Below are positions 50,526 through 56,792 of a stretch of DNA of 64,000 nucleotides, in pieces. The stretch is taken from positions 1-64,000 of IMG/VR virus record IMGVR_UViG_3300020055_000012; one strand, given 5' to 3'. Position 1 is the stretch's first letter. Every line of letters begins with the position of its first letter. The notes under the pieces were generated by a model. That model was not told the origin of the DNA and searched no databases. It saw only the letters and a list, made by a program, of their open reading frames with translations. The stretch comes from a virus. The position numbers were made by a program, and so were the translations under genes.

Positions 50526-50598
50526 CTCCTCGTAGCTTACCAAGGGAAGCCTCTGACTTTTAATCAGAAGAGAATAGGTGCAAGTCCTATCGGGGAGA
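50526..50598 (+). tRNA. tRNA-Lys(UUU)
   Basis: CTCCTCG/CGGGGAG; TCTGA-CTTTTAA-TCAGA; atypical T loop TGCAAGT. Confidence 0.82.
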
Positions 50599-50599
50599 C

Positions 50600-50683
50600 A
50601 AATTACAAAAGTTCGAAAATAAATATGGTGTTTCAGATAATGCAGTTAGAAAATGGTGTAAAAAATATAATATTTTAAAATAA
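50600..50683 (+). pseudogene. Start-less HTH-encoding gene remnant (KYGVSDNAVRKWCKKYNI)
   Basis: An open frame without a start codon between tRNA-Lys and tRNA-His; HTH-like pattern. Confidence 0.45.
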
Positions 50684-50691
50684 TAATATAT

Positions 50692-50766
50692 GGTAGGAAT
50701 AGCTCAGTTGGTTAGAGCATCGATTTGTGGTGTCGAGGGTCGTGAGTTCGAATCTCATTTCCTACC
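50692..50766 (+). tRNA. tRNA-His(GUG)
   Basis: G-1, GTAGGAA/TTCCTAC acceptor, C73; TCGAT-TTGTGGT-GTCGA. Confidence 0.9.
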
Positions 50767-50773
50767 CAATTAT

Positions 50774-50849
50774 GGTACGTTGGTCTAGTATGGTCTAGGA
50801 TGTCTGCCTGTCACGCAGAAGGTCATGGGTTCAAATCCCATACGTACCG
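50774..50849 (+). tRNA. tRNA-Asp(GUC)
   Basis: GGTACGT/ACGTACC; TCTGC-CTGTCAC-GCAGA. Confidence 0.9.
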
Positions 50850-50854
50850 CAAAA

Positions 50855-50931
50855 GACTCAGTAGCTCAGTTGGTTAGAGCATCTGACTGTTAATCAGAAT
50901 GTCGCAGGTTCGAGCCCTGCCTGAGTCGCCA
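50855..50931 (+). tRNA. tRNA-Asn(GUU)
   Basis: GACTCAG/CTGAGTC followed by GCCA; TCTGA-CTGTTAA-TCAGA. Confidence 0.92.
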
Positions 50932-50932
50932 T

Positions 50933-51007
50933 AGGAGTATAGCTCAGTTGGTTAGAAGCGCTTGCCTTACATGCAAGATGTCGGGGGTTCGAATCCCTCT
51001 ACTCCTA
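50933..51007 (+). tRNA. tRNA-Val(UAC)
   Basis: AGGAGTA/TACTCCT; CTTGC-CTTACAT-GCAAG. Confidence 0.9.
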
Positions 51008-51012
51008 CAAAT

Positions 51013-51085
51013 GGGGATGTAGCTCAGTTGGTAGAGCAATGGACTGAAAATCCATGTGTCGATGGTTCGATTCCATCCATTCCCA
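51013..51085 (+). tRNA. tRNA-Phe(GAA)
   Basis: GGGGATG/CATTCCC; ATGGA-CTGAAAA-TCCAT. Confidence 0.92.
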
Positions 51086-51088
51086 CTA

Positions 51089-51180
51089 GTGATGCTATAT
51101 GTATGTGGTACAATGTCTGCCCCAGTTGTTTAAATCTGCGGTAAAGGAGCAGAGACCGATGGAGCCACACATAGCATTAC
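51089..51180 (+). ncRNA. Unidentified structured RNA inside tRNA cluster 2
   Basis: The ends pair (GTGATGCTAT...ATAGCATTAC and TGTGG/CCACA), with an internal TCTGC/GCAGA hairpin. It is GC-rich relative to the genome. Confidence 0.45.
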
Positions 51181-51185
51181 TTTAT

Positions 51186-51259
51186 TGCGATGTAGCTCAA
51201 TTGGTTAGAGCGCAGGAATCATAACCCTGAGGCTGGGAGTTCAACTCTCTCCATCGCAA
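51186..51259 (+). tRNA. tRNA-Met(CAU), elongator-like
   Basis: TGCGATG/CATCGCA acceptor; CAGG-AATCATAAC-CCTG arm. Confidence 0.75.
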
Positions 51260-51273
51260 CAGTGTAAAATATA

Positions 51274-51342
51274 TGCGGGGAATGGTGGTCCAATGAAAGT
51301 CTCATAAGCTTACTCTGGTCAGTTCGATTCTGGCCCCCGCTA
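51274..51342 (+). tRNA. Non-canonical tRNA(CAU), initiator-like, with a shortened D arm
   Basis: T1:T72 mismatch, GCGGGG/CCCCGC acceptor, CTCATAA loop, GTCAG-TTCGATT-CTGGC T arm. Confidence 0.6.
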
Positions 51343-51349
51343 CTAAAAT

Positions 51350-51428
51350 TGCGATAATGGTGTAAGGAAGGTCTCATGAGCCTTTTTGGGAGATATCCCC
51401 CTGTCAAGTTCGAATCTTGAAATCGCAA
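51350..51428 (+). tRNA. tRNA-like RNA (CAU) lacking a D stem, with a long variable hairpin
   Basis: TGCGAT/ATCGCA; AAGGT-CTCATGA-GCCTT; GGGA-GATA-TCCC; TCAAG-TTCGAAT-CTTGA. Confidence 0.5.
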
Positions 51429-51480
51429 CAAAATTTTTAAAACTGTAAAAACTATAATATATTTATAAAAAAGATTAGGT

Positions 51481-51984
51481 ATGCAAGTATTAGTATTAAA
51501 CAACGCTTATCAGCCGATAAACGTAACAACTTTAATTAGAGGTTTTAATTTAGTATTCAAAGGTAAGGCAGAAATATTAGAGCATATAGCAGAAAAACCT
51601 ATTTTAACAGATAGAAAGAAATATAAAAGACCTACTGTAATAAGACTTTTAAGATATGTGGCTGTTCCTTTTAGAAAAGTACATTTATCAAGGCAAAACA
51701 TCTTTAGAAGAGATGATTATAAATGTATATACTGTAACAAATCAGGAGATGCCAAAAGTTTAACTTTAGACCACGTTCTTCCAAAATCTAGAGGAGGAGC
51801 AAACACTTGGATTAATCTAGTAAGTTGTTGCAGTTCTTGTAATGTTAAAAAAGGAGATAAAACACCTGAAGAAGCAGGAATGGTAATGAGTCATGAACCT
51901 TTTAAGCCAACTTATTTATATTTTGTTGAAAAATTTAAAAAAGTGCATGAGTCTTGGAATATTTATGTTGGAATAGTGCAATAA
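51481..51984 (+). CDS. HNH endonuclease (McrA-like/HNH_5)
   Basis: VLVLNNAYQP; RQNIFRRDDYKCIYC; LTLDHVLPKSRGG...WINLVSCCSSCNVKKG. Confidence 0.9.
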   Translation: MQVLVLNNAYQPINVTTLIRGFNLVFKGKAEILEHIAEKPILTDRKKYKRPTVIRLLRYVAVPFRKVHLSRQNIFRRDDYKCIYCNKSGDAKSLTLDHVLPKSRGGANTWINLVSCCSSCNVKKGDKTPEEAGMVMSHEPFKPTYLYFVEKFKKVHESWNIYVGIVQ

Positions 51985-52011
51985 AAAAAGGAGCTTAAAA
52001 AGCTCCTTTTT
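51983..52011. terminator. Bidirectional intrinsic terminator
   Basis: AAAAAGGAGCTT aaa AAGCTCCTTTTT. Confidence 0.8.
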
Positions 52012-52028
52012 ATTTTTTTAATCAACTT

Positions 52029-52250
52029 TTACTTTTTATTAGTAAAATGAAATACTGTTATTAAAGCAACTAGACCAATAAAGCCTCTTTCTCCAAATCT
52101 TGTAACAACTTCAATAATGTTGTCAATCACGCTCACTTGACCTAAGAATTGACCAAAAGCAACTTCTGCTAATACTGCCAACCCTACTAAAGTTACTAAT
52201 AACTGGCTGATACCTGATACCCAGGATTTTACTGTGTTTAAAATTTCCAT
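52029..52250 (-). CDS. Small membrane protein
   Basis: Two hydrophobic segments. Confidence 0.6.
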   Translation of the reverse strand: MEILNTVKSWVSGISQLLVTLVGLAVLAEVAFGQFLGQVSVIDNIIEVVTRFGERGFIGLVALITVFHFTNKK

Positions 52251-52289
52251 TTTGTCTCGTTTTTATTGTTTGGTTTTGTAGTTTGATGT

Positions 52290-52508
52290 TTATCCTTTAA
52301 ACATTCCTCCTACGGTTCTTAATCCTATTAAAGTACATCCTGCAATTAATGTTGGATTAAATAAGTCTTGACTTACATCATAGAATTGAAAACCATCTAA
52401 TACATAAGTCAGTCCACATAATGTTAAAAATACATTTCCCCAAAACTTTTTAGAAGAAACTTTACCATCTGTAGACTCTTTGAATAAGTCTGAAATAAAT
52501 TTTTTCAT
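52290..52508 (-). CDS. Small membrane protein (holin-like candidate)
   Basis: GKVSSKKF followed by two hydrophobic segments; close to the lysozyme gene. Confidence 0.5.
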   Translation of the reverse strand: MKKFISDLFKESTDGKVSSKKFWGNVFLTLCGLTYVLDGFQFYDVSQDLFNPTLIAGCTLIGLRTVGGMFKG

Positions 52509-52707
52509 TTTTTTAAATTTTTATAGTTATACCAAATAAATATTAGCTTTTAAATAAAATCGATTAATTATTTAAAGTAATTTTTTTACTCCGATTTATA
52601 AATAATACATGAAAATTATAAATTAAAATCACTTTTCAACAATCTTTTCTAGAGAATCTGTATAATATATTTATACCGTTTTTATGTTAAGAAGATGTAC
52701 TTTTTTG

Positions 52708-53685
52708 TTAGCTTTTTATAATGCCAGCAAGGGTTTTTAACCTATTTTTGTATGATTCAGAGACTATTTCATTACCCTTTTCTTTATTTAATAAAACAAT
52801 CATTTTATTTAAATCTTTACCAAACTTATCATATTCTACCTGTCTTCTCTTTTTTAAGCCTGGGTATTTTTTATAAGCTTTTTGGTTCATTTTTAAAATT
52901 TCATCTTGAGCTTCTAGATATTTTCCTTGCTTTATTAATTCCACAAAATCAGACCTTCTAAAAGCTCCTCTACCTCTATTATATGCTATAGAAACCATCG
53001 CATCATACATGTTTTGGTCTATTTTGTATATAACACCTTCATCGTCCCACTCTCTTAATTCATCATTTACAGCTTTTTCAGCAGTAGCAACATCTTGTCT
53101 TAAAAGTTCTTCTGCTTCTGATTTGCTTATTTCTTGACCTACTTTATATTTTGAATCTTTTATATCTTCTGCATGACCCCAACCAATAGTTATTTTGCCA
53201 TCTCCTATTTGGTATCCATCGCTTCTATATCCTTCTTCTTTTTTTAGAAAATCATATAACCAACTTGAAGATGAGTCTGGGGTTTCTATTATTTCAATTT
53301 CTTTTTCTATTTCTTCTTCTGGTTCTACATCTACTTTAGGAAATGATGAAGAAAGTGATATTTCATCTTTTATTTCTGGTGACTCTTGATTTATTACGTT
53401 TGAAATTGCAGAAGCTGCAGTAAATCCTAATAGTATAGATATTACATATCTAGCCAATTTTACTTTTAAATTTTTTGATAGGTATTTTATTTTTCTTAAA
53501 AAAACTTTTAAATATTCTTCTGCTTGAGTTGGGGTTTTTATATTTTCTGTTGATTTATTTAACTTTTCTTTTGTTAAGTCCCACACGAAATTTCTATCAT
53601 CAATTTGTTCAATTTCAGATATGACCGAAATAGCTTCACTTATATAAAAATCTATTTCGTTTAATATTTCTTCTTTTAATATCAT
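52708..53685 (-). CDS. GH24 phage lysozyme-domain protein with an N-terminal extension
   Basis: EEG...Y...DGKITIGWGH; QNMYDAMVSIAYNRG; PGLKKRRQVE; probable start MILKEEILNE. Confidence 0.8.
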   Translation of the reverse strand: MILKEEILNEIDFYISEAISVISEIEQIDDRNFVWDLTKEKLNKSTENIKTPTQAEEYLKVFLRKIKYLSKNLKVKLARYVISILLGFTAASAISNVINQESPEIKDEISLSSSFPKVDVEPEEEIEKEIEIIETPDSSSSWLYDFLKKEEGYRSDGYQIGDGKITIGWGHAEDIKDSKYKVGQEISKSEAEELLRQDVATAEKAVNDELREWDDEGVIYKIDQNMYDAMVSIAYNRGRGAFRRSDFVELIKQGKYLEAQDEILKMNQKAYKKYPGLKKRRQVEYDKFGKDLNKMIVLLNKEKGNEIVSESYKNRLKTLAGIIKS

Positions 53686-53928
53686 TATAATATATAATAT
53701 AAAAATAAGACTGCCCATAGTAGCGAGCTTTGAGCAGTCTCTGCAACCGAAGTTACAACGGTCCTAAACCGAATCTTAAATACCTTGCTCGTTAAACCAG
53801 TTATAGTCATCAAAGACTTCTTCTTCTTTTTCTTTGTCTTTTTTCACTTTAAAAATATATAAATTAAAATTAGTTACTTGTTTTTCAAAAACCACCTTGT
53901 ATACCATACATATCCTCTAGTTCTCTCT

Positions 53929-54360
53929 TTATAAATAATCAAATTCAATTTCTATTGTTTTGCGACTTCCATCTATTGTAACTGTAGTAGGAAAAATATG
54001 GCCAGTATCTGCTGTTTTTGTAATTTCCAATTTAAAATCTTCAATACTACCTCCATCAAAAACGTACAAATCATTAAACTCTTTTCTAATTTCTTCAGTT
54101 TCACCAGAATCTTCTCTGTATATATTAATATCTAATATTAATTTTTTTATTTTTATTGAGTCTGACTTAATTCCCCAACTTCTCTTTTCAAAATCTATAT
54201 CCCAGTGAATTTCAGCATAGCTTTTATCAAAAGAATCATCACCACCAATCATATCATTAAATCCATAAACATCTAAAGAAACCTCTTTTGTAATGTAAGG
54301 AACTTCACTAGATTCGCTTAAGGATTCTCTAATTAATTTTCTTAATTCTTTTTGTTTCAT
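53929..54360 (-). CDS. Hypothetical protein with a MKQKELRKLIRESLSE N-terminus
   Basis: ORF track. Confidence 0.55.
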   Translation of the reverse strand: MKQKELRKLIRESLSESSEVPYITKEVSLDVYGFNDMIGGDDSFDKSYAEIHWDIDFEKRSWGIKSDSIKIKKLILDINIYREDSGETEEIRKEFNDLYVFDGGSIEDFKLEITKTADTGHIFPTTVTIDGSRKTIEIEFDYL

Positions 54361-54452
54361 ACAAATAAATATTGTATTTTTTTGTAACTTTTGTATATTT
54401 GTATCGTTATATTTCTGAAATTAAAAATTTATTTATATTTAAGATATACATA

Positions 54453-54563
54453 ATGAAAAATTTAAAAACATATCGCAATATTGAACCGACCATTACAGGA
54501 ACTTGTCCTGCGTATGGCTGGAATAATACGGGTGTGTTTAATGATAGATTATATATGAAATAA
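54453..54563 (+). CDS. Putative attenuator leader peptide 3 (MKNLKTYRNIEPTITGTCPAYGWNNTGVFNDRLYMK)
   Basis: ATG at 54453. It contains all nine amino acids served by the downstream tRNAs and is followed by a terminator. Confidence 0.8.
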   Translation: MKNLKTYRNIEPTITGTCPAYGWNNTGVFNDRLYMK

Positions 54564-54587
54564 AATAATATTAAAATCAAAATACAC

Positions 54588-54617
54588 ACCCGGACCCAAA
54601 AAGGTTCGGGTTTTTTT
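54588..54617 (+). terminator. Attenuator terminator upstream of tRNA cluster 3
   Basis: ACCCGGACC caaaaa GGTTCGGGT TTTTTT, 12 nt before tRNA-Ala. Confidence 0.85.
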
Positions 54618-54629
54618 ATGCTTAAATTT

Positions 54630-54706
54630 GGGGAATTAGCTCAGCTGGCTAGAGCACTTGATTTGCATTCAAGAGGTCATCGGTTCGACTCCGTTATTCT
54701 CCACCA
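54630..54706 (+). tRNA. tRNA-Ala(UGC)
   Basis: GGGGAAT/ATTCTCC with G3:U70; CTTGA-TTTGCAT-TCAAG; CCA encoded. Confidence 0.92.
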
Positions 54707-54708
54707 AA

Positions 54709-54791
54709 GGAAGTGTTGAGCAATTGGTTGGCTCGCCTGTCTGTAAAACAGGTTCTTTTTAGACTTGAAGGTTCGAATCCTTCCACTTCCA
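54709..54791 (+). tRNA. tRNA-Tyr(GUA)
   Basis: GGAAGTG/CACTTCC; CCTGT-CTGTAAA-ACAGG; long variable region. Confidence 0.9.
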
Positions 54792-54797
54792 CAAAAA

Positions 54798-54869
54798 GCA
54801 AGATGTAGCTTAACTGGTAAAGCATCTGCCTTCCAAGCAGAGGACGGAGTTCGAATCTCACATCTTGCT
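54798..54869 (+). tRNA. tRNA-Gly(UCC), with an apparently 8-bp acceptor stem
   Basis: GCAAGATG/CATCTTGC; TCTGC-CTTCCAA-GCAGA; U73. Confidence 0.8.
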
Positions 54870-54951
54870 CTCTAGAGTAGTTTGCTGATTTAAGGTCTTA
54901 TAATCAGACGGGATGGTCACCTCTGTTTGAAGTGCAGTTAATAACCGTAAT

Positions 54952-55024
54952 ACGTCTGTAGTTCAATTGGTAGAATGACGGTCTCCAAAACCGTTGGTTG
55001 TAAGTTCGAATCTTACCAGACGTG
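54952..55024 (+). tRNA. tRNA-Trp(CCA)
   Basis: ACGTCTG/CAGACGT; ACGGT-CTCCAAA-ACCGT. Confidence 0.92.
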
Positions 55025-55030
55025 CAAATT

Positions 55031-55103
55031 CGGGGTGTGGCGCAGTTGGTAGCGCGGGGCGTTTGGGACGCTCAGGTCGTCAGTTCGAGTCTGGCTACCC
55101 CGA
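55031..55103 (+). tRNA. tRNA-Pro(UGG)
   Basis: CGGGGTG/TACCCCG; GGGCG-TTTGGGA-CGCTC. Confidence 0.92.
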
Positions 55104-55108
55104 CATAT

Positions 55109-55182
55109 ACGCCTATAGCTCAGCTGGTTAGAGCATTTGACTGATACTCAAAAGGTCAGTGGTTCAAATCCACTTAGGCGTA
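55109..55182 (+). tRNA. tRNA-Ile(GAU)
   Basis: ACGCCTA/TAGGCGT; TTTGA-CTGATAC-TCAAA. Confidence 0.9.
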
Positions 55183-55191
55183 CAAATAAAT

Positions 55192-55265
55192 GCTCCTATA
55201 GCTCAATTGAATAGAGCGCCAAACTACGGATTTGGAGGTTGAAAGTTTGAATCTTTCTGGGAGTA
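55192..55265 (+). tRNA. tRNA-Arg(ACG)
   Basis: GCTCCTA/TGGGAGT; CCAAA-CTACGGA-TTTGG. Confidence 0.88.
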
Positions 55266-55276
55266 CATATAATAAT

Positions 55277-55351
55277 GCCTCATTAGCTCAGATGGCTGAG
55301 AGCGACTGATTTGTACTCAGTAGGTCGGGGGTTCGAGTCCCTCATGAGGCT
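55277..55351 (+). tRNA. tRNA-Thr(UGU)
   Basis: GCCTCAT/ATGAGGC; ACTGA-TTTGTAC-TCAGT. Confidence 0.92.
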
Positions 55352-55360
55352 CTAAAATAT

Positions 55361-55435
55361 GGGCATATGACCGAGTGGTTTAGGTGCTGGATTGCAAACC
55401 CAGATACGCTAGTTCAAATCTAGCTATGCCCTCCA
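55361..55435 (+). tRNA. tRNA-Cys(GCA)
   Basis: GGGCATA/TATGCCC followed by TCCA; GCA anticodon; U73. Confidence 0.9.
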
Positions 55436-55436
55436 G

Positions 55437-55466
55437 AACTCCAATGATAAAAAGTTGGAGTTTTTT
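55437..55466 (+). terminator. Terminator closing tRNA cluster 3
   Basis: AACTCCAA...TTGGAGTT followed by a T tract. Confidence 0.7.
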
Positions 55467-55501
55467 GTTTATATTTGTAATATTATTATTACATTTACTT
55501 T

Positions 55502-55873
55502 ATGGGAACTGAATATGTTTTAGTTAGGGATGATAACAAGGAAATGTATGACCTTAGTAAGAATCCGCAAGGAATCGGAACTTGGTATGAAATGGAAAAT
55601 GCTTTTGATTCTAAAAGTGTATTGCTTGATGCACTTCCTAGTTGGGGTCATGTAAATAAATTCGTTATTAGTGATTTAGACTACCTAAAGGAATACATGC
55701 TTGAAGGTAGTGATTCTGATATATTAGAATACTGGAAAAATACTCTTGAAGATATATATGATTGGTCTGATGAAAAAGAGGTGTATATAGTATTTGAAGA
55801 GGTTGAATTCCAACTTAAAGACAAAGGATATAAAACAACAAGAAGTAGATTTAAAAAAAATAATAATGGGTAA
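55502..55873 (+). CDS. Hypothetical protein
   Basis: ORF track; TATATTTG box at 55470. Confidence 0.55.
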   Translation: MGTEYVLVRDDNKEMYDLSKNPQGIGTWYEMENAFDSKSVLLDALPSWGHVNKFVISDLDYLKEYMLEGSDSDILEYWKNTLEDIYDWSDEKEVYIVFEEVEFQLKDKGYKTTRSRFKKNNNG

Positions 55874-56264
55874 TTTAAAAGATAGAATATCTAAAGATTT
55901 TTTAGATGCATTTAAGTCTAAAAATTTAGAAAAGAAAAATTTTCTTGGAGTTGTAAAAGGTGAAATACAATTACAAGAAGGAAGAGGTGTAGAATCAACT
56001 GATGAAAATATTTTAAAAATTTTAAAGAAAATGGAAAAATCTTTAAAACAAACAAATACAGAAGATTCTAGTAAAGAATTAGAGTATATAACTCCATATT
56101 TGCCTGCACAAATGAGTGAAGAAAGAATTAAGGAAATTGTAACTAATTATATGCATAATGGGCTAAGTAATATAGGTCAAATAATGGGAGAATTTAATAA
56201 AAATTTTAAAGGACAAGCAGACAATAAAGTTGTATCAGAAATTATTAAATCAATATTAAACTAA
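55866..56264 (+). CDS. GatB/YqeY domain protein
   Basis: LKDRISKD..DAFKSK...VKGEIQ...YLPAQMSEE...GQIMG...GQADNKVVS; likely ATG at 55866. Confidence 0.85.
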   Translation: MGNLKDRISKDFLDAFKSKNLEKKNFLGVVKGEIQLQEGRGVESTDENILKILKKMEKSLKQTNTEDSSKELEYITPYLPAQMSEERIKEIVTNYMHNGLSNIGQIMGEFNKNFKGQADNKVVSEIIKSILN

Positions 56265-56273
56265 ACAATAAAA

Positions 56274-56558
56274 GTGTCAAATAACAAACCAAGCTGGCAA
56301 TCAAGATTTTATGTTTATTCAATGAGCATGGCAGAATTGGTTCGTTCTTATATTGCAAAAAAGAAAATGTCAACAGATGATTTAGCAAAAAAGATAAACA
56401 TATCTAAAAGACAATCAAAACATATGTTGTCTGGGTCTTATGATTTTTCTATAGAAGAAATAGCTAAATTAGAACTTCTTTTTTTAGGTCATTATGATAC
56501 TTATGAAAAAATATTATTGATAGAAAAAATATCAAAACAAGAGGATTCATCGCTCTAA
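56274..56558 (+). CDS. XRE/Cro-type HTH protein with a C-terminal YEKILLIEK motif
   Basis: MSTDDLAKKINISKRQSKHMLSG.YDFSIEEIAKLE. Confidence 0.7.
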   Translation: MSNNKPSWQSRFYVYSMSMAELVRSYIAKKKMSTDDLAKKINISKRQSKHMLSGSYDFSIEEIAKLELLFLGHYDTYEKILLIEKISKQEDSSL

Positions 56559-56791
56559 ATCAATTTGATAAGAGAGGAAACTCCAGACATCATTGCTTAA
56601 GGCAGGAGATAATGTAAAATACTTTTTACAAAAAGTATAAAAATTGTAAAATCTATTTTACTTTATTGATTGTACTGCCGAGGATGCAACACAAACAGAC
56701 CTAGCAGGTGAGCAATGCTAAGGGTCGGGTAAGTGGCCAATAGATAAATGATGAAATTAAAACAGAATCTGGGTTACGCTCGTTTTGATAT
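56529..56791 (+). ncRNA. rnpB: Compact RNase P RNA
   Basis: P1 ATATCAAAAC/GTTTTGATAT; P2 TTCATC/GATGAA; P4 halves GAGGAAACTCCAGA and AACAGAATCTGGGTTA; AGATAAAT element. Confidence 0.8.
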
Positions 56792-56792
56792 T

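Noticed and set aside
50457-51503. ORF-track entries 50457-50678, 50962-51144 and 51219-51503
   Set aside because: They overlap well-formed tRNA genes and are spurious translations.
53776-53928. Short minus-strand frames (RELEDMYGIQGGF; EKDKEKEEEVFDDYNWFNEQGI)
   Set aside because: They have no convincing start and are at most gene remnants, too weak to annotate.
47590-54617. T-box riboswitches as the explanation for the tRNA leaders
   Set aside because: No T-box consensus (AAGGTGGTACCGCG-like) or long stem I was seen. The leader-ORF model fits better.
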